A DNA stretch of 64,000 bases from Asterias rubens. Its lineage: Eukaryota. Below, in pieces: positions 54,201-64,000 of the stretch. Made by a program: the position numbers and the translations under genes. The notes under the pieces were generated by a model, which had not been told where the DNA came from, did no database searches, and saw nothing but the letters and a program-made list of their open reading frames with translations. The stretch lies in the NCBI RefSeq assembly GCF_902459465.1, contig NC_047072.1, positions 15,004,001 to 15,068,000 of the forward strand, written 5' to 3'. The stretch's first letter is position 1, and each line of letters begins with the position of its first letter.

Positions 54201-57200
54201 TGAAAGTTTAACTATTAAAGAACTGGGTTAAGTATACTACTGAAGATAACATGTTCAGAAGTATTCCCTTTGCACCTAATTGTATCATGGGGTAAAAATC
54301 AACACAATGTTGTCATCTTTCCGATTTTCTTCGTCGAAAAGGGACCACAAATCTACCCGTCTTTTGTGTAGTACTCCCCGGGCTCGGTGAAAAGGAAGAC
54401 GGGCGCATGAGAAGCACATGCCAGCTGCATAAACAGGGACTGACTGGGACAATGCTCCCTAAAGGCACCCTTTATAGAGACCTGGTCCTTAACCAAAGAC
54501 TGGCATACCTCAACAACTGAATTAAGCTGGTTTCATTTTCGTATATTAATTTTCATATAGGAAAGGAGATTTATTTCATCGTGTATTATTTTGGCATGGT
54601 GTTTACACGTAATGTTGAAATAACTTTTCAACCTGCCTAAGGCGTACTGCCTCTTCTTGAAGTCAATATTATTTTAAGGTCAACATGACTTCATAAAAAC
54701 TTCTTTTTTTTGTGGTGACAAAACGTGTCAATACATAAATGCCATGACAACTTATAACAATATTATTTAAAATTGTCTTATCAGCCGTTCAACATGAGAG
54801 AGGGCCCCGAAACTCAACTATAAGGAAACAAATGGCATTATATCTGAAGGAGTCAGCAGCAGCCGTCAACGATGTCTCAGGGCCGTTGGTAACTGCTTAT
54901 TCTCCCCATGCACAGACCGTGATTAGTCCGCTAGGTGGGGTAGAGGCTTACGGAACACTCCTTGTCAGCACTCCAGAGTATGCCCTGCCAGCCGGGCCGT
55001 TCCCGTGTTACCCAACACCAAAGGTAAGCTTACGAGTTTAAATGTCAATGTCAGCCATCCATCATAACAAAAATGGGACCTCAGTCTATCGTATTAATCA
55101 TGTTCAGCAGCGGAAACTAAGACAAAAATTAAGACCAGCGCGTAACACCTTTATGCTGCGCATGATGACAGTGGTTCAAAGTGCAAACTTATACTCTTTT
55201 AGTCAAATAATAAAGTTTCTTGTCAATTCCTGAAAATTTCGTCAAAATGATTAAAACATCTGTTTATACTTTTCTTTTAATTTTCAGCACTATCCCCGAG
55301 ACTACATCCGACCAATTCATACGAGTGTGGAGACGGTATGTGAGACGGCAGCCAGACTCTTATTTATGAGCGTCAAGTGGGCCAAGAATGTACCTGCATT
55401 TGTATCACTACCTCTCAGAGATCAGGTAAGACAACACTGTGTGATTTCCTTTACATTACTTCACGTCAGGATTTTATTTTTACTTAAAGAAGGAATATTA
55501 CAGAATTGGTTTTGCTAACACAACAGTTGCTGGCAGTGTAAGCACTTTATGTAATCAACCATATACATAAGCCGACAAATCTGTGGAAGTTCGGATCGAT
55601 CGGTCATCTGCGTCACGAGAAAATAGGGAAAACCCGATAACACATTTTGCATGACATCGATTAAAAATGAATAAAACGCTCACTGAACGAAAAACGTCAA
55701 ACGGGAAATTAGGCCGTGTCCGAAACGACGACTTCGGCTACAGCTATGGCTAGATCGCGCGCTTCTGCTATTCTTCAACACTGGTAGACGCGCTGATCTA
55801 GCCGTAGCTGTAGCCGAAGTCGTCGTTTCGGACACGGCCTAAGTTTTTTTTTTTATTTCTCACCAAATATGACATTTCAGACAGAAATATTTCACGGGAT
55901 GTTTTCTCTATCCGACCGTGTAAGTTTTATGTAAATCTGTGATCTTCACGATTTTTTTCTTACCAATCCTGAAATGTTCCTCTAAACAAACTTCGCAACC
56001 ATTCATGCTCGTCAATGGTATTTTGCACATGGACAGAATGAGAGATAACCAAATGACGTCAGTAGTTCTTATGTACATGCTGATTACCTTTTACAAGAAA
56101 GTTAATGGATATCAATACATGTATACACAAACTAATTACCTATCAGTAATGAGATCGTTGATTTGTGGACTTTTGCACACGTGGCCTTGTAGATAATGAC
56201 ACGTGTTGTGTAATTAATACCACCGTGAGAATCTACACTGACACTAATATAAACCAGAGTGAATATCCATCAATCAACACACGTCAGTACATTTCAAATC
56301 ATGATAATTACATGTAGATCATTCATCGCTATAATTACACGTACTTAAGTTTTAATTGATGGCTGAAAGCGTTTGAGATGGCTATAGGTGAACGGTCATA
56401 AATCTTTGACGAATAATGGTCCATGGTTTATCCCCTTTTTTTTGGGGGGGGGGTGATTATTGAATACATTACGGTCTTGGGTATTGTGGTTAAGTCATGT
56501 TATTGTGTTGATTTCAGTTGCTGTTATTAGAGGAAGGATGGAGGGAACTCTTCATACTTGGTGCAGCACAGTGGCATATGACAATGGACGCTACGGCTCT
56601 CATGAATGCAACAGGTATAGCCTAATATCATTTTTACATTCAGTTTGCCAAACTCAACATTTTAGATTTTAATGATTTAAACAAATGAGAATAATAAGGA
56701 AACACACTATTTTGAAAACTCAAAATTAGACGAACTACACAGTACAAGAGAAGACTAATGACAACATTTCTGTCTTGAAAACAAGTTAAGACTTCCACAT
56801 AACCGTATATCAGAAACATGAGGGGGTTTTTCCGTCACTGATAATAACATGGAACAACATTTAATTTTAGGAATGCAACCAGAAAACACACCGGCAGAAA
56901 AGTTTGCAGCAATCTCCAGCGAGCTAAGAGTTCTTGAAGAAATCATTGTAAAGCTGAGACAGTTAGAGGTAGACGCTACTGAATATGCATGCCTGAAGGG
57001 AATTGTCGTCTTCAAGACAGGTGAGTTGCTTGGAGTGCTGTATCATCTTATTGAACAAAAACCTATATAAGGCACATTTGAAACAGAGACAAACACATTG
57101 GTGAATATTTCATCTGGAAACGACACTTAAATTCCACTTAACTATTCTTTACACACAGACGTCTCCGGTGTCCATGAGACCTCCTCTGTTGCTAGTCTCC

Positions 57201-57406
57201 AAGACCAGTCGCAACTGACCCTCAGCAAATACATTACACTCCGACATCCGACACAACCTTTCCGCTTTGGGAAGCTTTTGCTGCTGCTACCTACACTAAG
57301 AGCCGTCAGACCCAGCACTCTCGAGACCTTATTCTTCCGCCAGACCATTGGTTCAATGCCTATGAGTAGACTGTTGTGCGACTTGTATAAAGCCCACGAA
57401 TTCTGA
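48244..57406 (+). CDS. NR2E1: Tailless/TLX nuclear receptor (NR2E1 orthologue), ~387 aa
   Basis: Exons 48244-48301 ([19 protein letters not shown]+A|gtaagt), 53666-53899, 54785-55023, 55288-55425, 56518-56614, 56871-57020, 57159-57406; phases consistent. [44 protein letters not shown]...[20 protein letters not shown] and [19 protein letters not shown] match vertebrate NR2E1. Confidence 0.95.
48632..48701. repeat. Three copies of TGCGTAA(G/T)ACCGGTAG at a 27-bp period in TLX intron 1
   Basis: Cores at 48632, 48659 and 48686 with variable linkers. Confidence 0.8.
55484..55985. mobile_element. Older TTAA-type (Kolobok-like) element hosting a nested MITE
   Basis: Left end ttaaagaaggaatattacagaattggt; right end accaatcctgaaatgttcctctaa (degenerate TIRs). 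Located in TLX intron 4. Confidence 0.6.
55712..55839. mobile_element. 128-bp hairpin MITE with ~45-bp near-perfect TIRs and TA flanks
   Basis: ggccgtgtccgaaacgacgacttcggctacagctatggctagatc ... gatctagccgtagctgtagccgaagtcgtcgtttcggacacggcc; one mismatch; TA on both sides. Confidence 0.9.
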
Positions 57407-57730
57407 ACACATTCGTCGAGGTGTGTATCATTTAAAGCCAAACTTAAGTGCCTTAAACATTTACGATTCCAAAGATTATGTTAAATATGGGTTGCTTTGA
57501 TAATAATTAAATTGTAAAACGGACGGGTTTTTACATTCAAAACAATATTTATTAAGGAATAGATTTGAAAACGTGTATTTTTTAGTCAACCTTGTTGCTA
57601 GCATGTTAAGTCCATCACTTTGAATTTGAACTTACTCCCACTGAACATAAAAGCATTAATTTATGCACTTATTTTTAACACTCCTTTATATCACAACGAA
57701 ACAGTGTTGGCTAACAGTCAGACTGTTACG

Positions 57731-57901
57731 GGCCCTTTTCGAAACCATGACTTCGGCTTCCTCCGGCTCAGGCTAGCTTGGCCCCGCGGTTGTTTTGACA
57801 ATATTGCGAGTGATTTGCGTACGCGCCCAGCCAGGGGCTTCAAACGAGAGGACGGAGTCTGAAGCCGAATCCAAAGCCAAAGCCGTTGTTTCGAAAGGGC
57901 C
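57731..57901. mobile_element. MITE related to the 55712 element, just downstream of the TLX stop codon
   Basis: Left end ggcccttttcgaaaccatgacttcggct; right end gtttcgaaagggcc. Same GGCC-N5-CGAAAC-N3-GACTTCGGCT layout as the 55712 element. Confidence 0.7.
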
Positions 57902-58161
57902 TACTAAGACACATTGTTGAAATTAATTTAGTAGTAAATAACAGAACACTTAAAAATGCAGGTTAGAATATCTAAGATGTAGACAAGTCTTCTTGCCATT
58001 AGTGTAAGCTGGAATCTCGGTTGATTTGAAACGCGGTTGCCCTTTACCATCAAATAATGTTTATCTTTCTCAGTGAAGTTTTCAACAATTAATGAAATTG
58101 GACAGCACAGATTACAAACAAGTGTTTGTATTATTACGGACTTGAGGGTTCTGGTTCACAG

Positions 58162-58487
58162 TTAAGGGCACTAAACACATTCAGTAATTGTCAAAGCTAG
58201 GCCAGTATGCACACTTGGTGTATCCAAACATATGCATAAAATCACAAATTTTTGAAATATTTGACTCAATTTGGTCATCGAAGTTGCAAGGGAATGATGA
58301 ACGAAAAAACACAATTGTCGCATCAATTTGTGTGCTTTCAGATAACAGGCTTCTCAAAAACTGTTACTTCAGAGGGAGCTGTTTCTAATAATGTTTTGTA
58401 CTATCAACAGCTCTCATTTGCTCGTTACCAAGTAAGTTTTTATGCTGAAAACTATTTTAGTAATTACCAATAGTGTCCAGTGCGTAA
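58162..58487. mobile_element. Degenerate family A Kolobok-like MITE
   Basis: ttaagggcactaaacacattcagtaattgtcaaag ... taattaccaatagtgtccagtgc; interior shared with the 59046 copy. Confidence 0.75.
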
Positions 58488-59045
58488 ACATCGGGGTTGA
58501 GTGTAAGCTAAATTGCTCTTATACCAGCGTTGCCTACTAAATGGCAGTCAAGTTAATTCATTGCCAAAATGGACATGAAATCACTTTTGACTTTAAATTT
58601 TAAACGGATAAAACAAATAATAGCGCAAATAATCTAATATTTGATATTTTGGGCATAATCTTCAGCCGTGTACGCGTATTTATAACTTGATTAATTGACC
58701 TTAACTTATTGCAAGCATCCTCAAACTGTTTGTTTTCGTAGAGACAATCTAAACTGCACAGTATTAAGCGACATAACTTCCCGTGTTAAACTTAATTAGA
58801 TGAATGTGAATAAAAGTGTAAATAATTTGTATACAATAAAGATGACGCTATTCAATATTTGAACGATATGTTCGTTACTCAGCGATAAGAAAAGTGGGTT
58901 CCCTAAACGGGCCGGCTTTGGGACAACCAACAGTGCCTTTTAGATTTGATATTGAAGGATTTCTAAATAAAGACTTGGTTTTCTTAATAAGACTTTCTGT
59001 GTGTTTTATTATTGTACTTTGTATAAGTTTCCCCCGAGTAGAAAC

Positions 59046-59431
59046 TTAAAGGCAGTGGACACTATTGGTAATTGTCAAAGACTAGCCTTCACAGTTGGTG
59101 TATCTCAACATATGCATAAAACAACAAACCTGTGAAAATTTGAGCTCAATCGGTCATCGAAGTTGCGAGATAATAATGAAAGAAAAATAACCCTTGTAAC
59201 ACGAAGTTGTGTGCGTTTAGATGGTTGATTTCGAGACCTCAAGTTCTAAATCTGAGGTCTCGAAATCAAATTCGTGGAAAATTACTTCTTTCTCGAAAAC
59301 TATGGCACTTCAGAAGGAGCCGTTTCTCACAATGTTTTTTACCATCAACCTCTCCCAACTACTCGTCACCAAGAAAGGTTTTATGCCAATAATTATTTTG
59401 AGTAATTACCAATAGTGTCCACTGCCTTTAA
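59046..59431. mobile_element. Family A Kolobok-like MITE, intact ends
   Basis: Perfect 28-bp inverted ends including TTAA: ttaaaggcagtggacactattggtaatt / aattaccaatagtgtccactgcctttaa. TTAA plus AGG termini is typical of Kolobok non-autonomous elements. Confidence 0.88.
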
Positions 59432-59912
59432 AGACTGTAAAAAGAATATTTTTTTGTACTTTGTTTCCATCTTCACGATACCATCTTCATTTGGCAAACA
59501 ATTTTTTCTTAATAAACAAGGTCAATTCACAAGCTTATTGGCCATTAGTTTGTCCAAACTTTATTGAATAAATAAAAACCAAGTTATTTAAAAACATCTT
59601 TCATTCAAAAATCTCATTTGATAATACATATACTTTTGTTGTTAATATAATTGTATTCACAAACTGCATCCAAAAGTCATTTCAAATGCAAGCACAAAGT
59701 GATAAATTCAACAGTAAAATAAGGAATTATTCTTGAAAGTTTAAATACAGTGCAAATTTTAGCCACCTTATTTCAACTCTTATTTCCACTTTTGTTTTCA
59801 AATTCTTTGGGGTTTACTAATTTAGTTGAAGAAAAAAAGAAAAGTACTTTCCTTTCATTCAAATGCTACAGATTGGACCAAATATAAAAGACACATTGAA
59901 GAAAACAAAGTC

Positions 59913-60303
59913 TTAAAGGAACACGTTTCCTTGGATTGGACGAGTTGGTCTTTAAAAATGCGTTTACATCCGTTCGTTACAAAATGCATATGGTTAGAAA
60001 GATGTTTTAAAAGTAGAATACAATGATCCACACACATTTGCCTCGAAATTGCGTGGTTTTCTTTTTACTTTGCAAACTAACACGGTCGGCCATTTATGGG
60101 AGTCAAAAATTTGACTCCCATAATTGGCCGACCGTGTTTGTCGACGAGGTAAAAGGAAAACCACGCAATTTCGAAAGATACTTGTGTGGATCATAATATT
60201 CTACTTTTAAAATATCTCTCTAATCATATGCATTCTATAACAATCGGTTACAAATGCTTTTCAAAGACCAACTCGACCGATCCAAGGCAACGTGTTCCTT
60301 TAA
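59913..60303. mobile_element. Fold-back (whole-length palindromic) TTAA-flanked MITE, 391 bp
   Basis: ttaaaggaacacgtttccttggattgg ... ccgatccaaggcaacgtgttcctttaa. The arms stay complementary up to the centre ttatgggagtca-aaaatt-tgactcccataa near 60108. Confidence 0.88.
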
Positions 60304-60665
60304 ATGGAAACACCTTTTCAACGCATCCATACTAAATGGTAATTGTAACTGATGGGGAAAACGAGTTTATAGACAGTTTGGTATAAGCTAGGGTGCGGTG
60401 GACCATTGTAACACAATACTCGCATTGTAGATCTGGTTCACTTTACTGTAGCATTATAGATTAAGAGGTGTGTACTTTCCAACTTCTGTCAGCCATATAA
60501 ATTAATCAAATAGTTTCAATTACTTTAAATCGTTCAGTCAAACAAGAGAATGAAGAGGGGATAACTCATACAATGCCTTGGGGAAGTTATCAATATTAGT
60601 GATCATAAAAATGCTACAACACATTTCAGGGACAAATAAAAATTGGGGAGAATTTACAGGTGTTA

Positions 60666-63665
60666 TCATAACTCTTCCTTCCTCACAGCTTGGTCTGTCT
60701 CCATGTTACTCTTCCAATATTCCTCACTTTGCATCTCAGTCAATCTTGAAATTGTTCTCTCAAAGGCAAAGAGTTCTTCCTCACCAGTAAATATACTTGC
60801 TGATGAACTACTCACATCCTGTAAAGAAAGACAATTACAACTTGCTCTGGTCAATGGTTTAGACTGCAGATTTAAAGGGAGCCCTCTTGTGTTAGTTCTG
60901 ATGCAAGATATTGTTGGAAAATTAATCTAAAGGGAGCCCTCTAGTGGAAAAGACAGTGAGACCCGCCTTAAAGGCACTGGAGACCTTGGTAGTTTTCAAA
61001 GACTAGTATTCCCACTTTGTGTTTCTCAACATATACATAGAATAACAAATCTATGAAAATTTGAACTCAATAACTCAATAACGAAATAAAAAACACCCTT
61101 GTTGCTCCAATTTGGCTTCAGGCCTGAAGTCTTAATATTTGAGTGGGAAATTGCCATTTTCTCAAAAAACTACGTTACTTTAGAGGGAGGAGGCTACTTC
61201 TTCCTCCATCATCAGAGGGAGCTGTTTCTCACAATGTTTTTAAACTATCAACAGCTCTCCATTGCTCATTACCATGTACGTTTTTATGATTGCAATTCTT
61301 TTAAGTAATTGCCAGTAGTGTCCAGTGCGTTTAAAAGAAGGATTTCCGACTACTCACCATACTTATATTGAGGTCATCCATGAGCATCCTACGATCATCA
61401 ATATCTCTTTGGGTCAATTTACTTGTTGCAAATAGTTGCTCTGGTTCTGCATCAGACGAACACACAAGTCTCACCTATGAAACAGAAAAACAAATGTTAC
61501 AGGACTGAATTAACCTCGGGTTGAACAAATAAAAACTGACTCAAACAGGATTTGAACCAACAACCTCTGGTTGAATGTGTTGGGGCTCCACCAACATAGC
61601 CACAATGGTGATCTCCCAAGATTTAATTTACATAATAATCTCCATTATTTGATCATTATCAGTTGCATTCCTTATTAACAAAGTAATGAGTTAACGAATA
61701 AACACTATACCACAGGAACAACATCAGTCAATCTAAATTGTTAATAAAAAAGTTAGTAATGTTAATTACCTTGTTATCGTAGAAGTTGTCAACCAATGTG
61801 ATGAATCGTCTAGCAGCCGTCTTCATGGTGAGAGACATCTGGGGGATGTCTCGTATAAAGACTGTATCAAACTCACGCCCAATAGCCAGGTAGTCACCTG
61901 CCCCCAACGGCTTTACACAGTGAAAAAACATAGTTTTCATTGTGAAGGTATCTTATAGTCGGATCCTATTTGCGGTCTGTTCCTCCTAATGATTTAAGCT
62001 ACAGGACAAGGGTCTAGCATTGCTCTTGGTTGATCAGTCTAATAACTGAGAATCAACATTCTGACTAAGAAGCTTGCAGTCCATTTAATAACTATTTAGT
62101 TGCTATGACCACTGGTAGATTTGTGTACAGTACACACCCTAGCCATTATGCAAACCAATCTAATATCTTCTATATTCAGAATTACTATCCAAAATCACTA
62201 TGGTATTCAAATTCTAAATTTTCAGGCAATCTAATGGCCTTGTTGACAAAAGCAACTGCTAGATGCAACTATTTTTTATATTTCATCAATCTGAATCTTG
62301 ATGCTCGAGTATGTAATGCTGGGTATATTCCTGTAAATGGACTATATTACTGCTTTTCCTGTTCAAAACCAACTCCCTACATTTCATTGTATCCACTCAT
62401 TCAACAGGTCAAACTTATGTCTTCATTACAGTGTGCGTTTCTCATTATAACTTCAAATCTAGCCGTTTACATTACATTGCACCTGCTCCTTCAACAGGTC
62501 AAACCCATTCCTCGATTACAGGGTACCTTTTTTATACCTTCAATCTACTACTTTCCAGTGCATTGAGTCCAAACCTACATGTACATGTATTCCTTCATTG
62601 CAGAATACCTTTTCCTTAGTACCTTCCACTCTACCCCTTGACATTACATTGAACCTACTCCTTCATCAGGTCAAACCCATTCCTCCATTACAGGGTACCT
62701 TTTTCATACCTTCAATCTACTACTTTCCAGTGCATTGAGTCCAAACCTACATGTACATGTATTCCTTCATTGCAGAATACCTTTTCCTTAGTACCTTCCA
62801 CTCTACCCCTTGACATTACATTGAACCTACTCCTTCATCAGGTCAAACCCCATTCCTTCATTACAGGGTACCCTTTCCTTTGTTCCTTCAATCTACTACT
62901 TTTCAGTACATTTTGCCTACTCCTTCATCAGGTCAAACCTAATCCTTCGTAACAGTGACCTTTTCCATAATACCTTCAAATTTACTCCTTTTCAAAACTT
63001 ACTCTTTCATTAATTGTACCCTTTCCTTTGTACCTTCAATATACTACTTTTCAGTACATTTTGCCTACTCCTTCATCAGGTCAAACCTATTCCTTGATTT
63101 CATCGTACCTCTACCTTTATACCTTCAAATCTACTACTTTTACAGTTATTACTGTGTACCTTTTCCGCTTTATCTTGAACTTATTCCTTCATGGCACTGT
63201 TTTCTCCTCCCATATAACCTATTTCACTTTATATTACATCAAACTTATTCCTTCAGTAGTCTTCAAGACTGTGCATTTTTATGGGGATTATATGACATTG
63301 CACCTCCTCAATGATTCCTTCATAACTAATGCACAATTACACAGACCAATTCCTCCATACAATCTAGCCCTTTTCTGGATTAACATCTGATCAATTTCAC
63401 ACAGGTAACATTGTAACCATTATGATTCGTACATTAATTATCATACATGTTTATATTCAAAAATATTCAGAACACATATCTGAACAATTAATAGAGCCAG
63501 TACACAAAATATACAAAATGCTTGTATAGAGTTTTCAGTCTCTTTTCTTAATAAACAATCTTACCTTTTCACATAGATCAGAGAATGAAAAGCTTGCAAT
63601 TCTTCCACATGCTATCGGTATTTTCAATTCCCTGCCCATAAGATGGATGGTTCTACTATGTATAA
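60666..63665 (-). CDS. AFG1L: AFG1-like mitochondrial AAA ATPase (LACE1), 3' portion only
   Basis: Exons 63665-63565 (IHSRTIHLMGRELKIPIACGRIASFSFSDLCEK), 61910-61770 (PLGAGDYLAIGREFDTVFIRDIP...ARRFITLVDNFYDNK), 61474-61358 (VRLVCSS...RRMLMDDL), 60818-60666 (SIFTGEEELFAFERTISRLTEMQSEEYW). The gene continues beyond the window. Confidence 0.93.
60968..61334. mobile_element. Degenerate family A Kolobok-like MITE in the last AFG1L intron
   Basis: ttaaaggcactggagaccttggtagttttcaaagactag ... taattgccagtagtgtccagtgcgtttaa. Confidence 0.78.
61512..61605 (-). mobile_element. tRNA-derived SINE fragment
   Basis: On the minus strand: A-box-like tggctatgttgg, B-box ggttcaaatcc (61548-61558), then a T-rich tail. 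No complete cloverleaf. Confidence 0.5.
62300..63310. repeat. Pyrimidine-rich hierarchical tandem repeat (172-bp units decaying outward) in an AFG1L intron
   Basis: acattacattg at 62469, 62641 and 62813 (172-bp period). Subunits such as cctactccttcatcaggtcaaacc and gtaccttcaatctactacttt recur outside the register. Confidence 0.85.
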
Positions 63666-63724
63666 CTGAAACAAAGAGACAAGAAAACAAGATTTGGGGT
63701 CAATGCCAAAGATCTAAGACCAAA

Positions 63725-63812
63725 CAGGAAGCTTAAATAACATACATCAGTACAGCACCAGTGTCCCTCAGGAAGCTTAAATAACATACATCAGTACAGC
63801 ACCAGTGTCCCT
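63725..63812. repeat. Perfect tandem duplication, 2 x 44 bp
   Basis: caggaagcttaaataacatacatcagtacagcaccagtgtccct at 63725 and 63769. Confidence 0.92.
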
Positions 63813-64000
63813 CATTTTTGTGGCTCCATGGTCCTAAACATTGATAATAATATTACTAATTAGTTCTTATTTAGCGCATTTGACAAACCAATGCACTTTA
63901 CATAAGTGCACTGGTAGTTGGACCAATAACATTCCTGTAATCTTTTTCAGCTCTCTGGAGAGTACATGTATACAGCCCTGGCTGCCGTGGTGATCAGAAG

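Noticed and set aside
57407-60665. SNX3 expected from human synteny
   Set aside because: No PX-domain exons found; the interval is largely MITEs.
62105-63390. Several 100-150 aa ORFs on the plus strand
   Set aside because: They overlap the pyrimidine-rich tandem repeat in an AFG1L intron and are compositional artefacts.
63890-64000. Further AFG1L exon at the window edge
   Set aside because: An open frame exists, but I could not match it to AFG1L sequence with confidence.

Overview
Intron-rich animal genomic DNA, most likely an invertebrate deuterostome and probably a sea star (inferred from gene content and repeat style). Seven protein-coding genes could be reconstructed by hand from GT-AG exons with consistent phases: a dissatisfaction-like (dsf) NR2E nuclear receptor (+, ~1.0-10.8 kb), TRMT2B (-), MEAF6 (+), OSTM1 (-), MRPS31 (+), a tailless/TLX orthologue NR2E1 (+, 48.2-57.4 kb), and the 3' part of AFG1L/LACE1 (-). 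The four central housekeeping genes form two head-to-head pairs. A ~17 kb gene-free interval precedes TLX. TTAA-flanked Kolobok-like MITEs, TA-flanked hairpin MITEs and tandem repeats are scattered through the window. The most striking signal is a 92-bp tract in the first zinc finger that is 91/92 identical between the two ancient paralogues dsf and TLX, including synonymous sites, while their other shared codons are largely divergent. This suggests ongoing ectopic gene conversion between linked NR2E paralogues. Also notable: microsynteny with human 6q21 and the other FOXO paralogons, and recurrent CTCF-like motifs at the borders of the housekeeping block and the TLX domain. No databases or tools were used; homology calls come from recognition of protein motifs.
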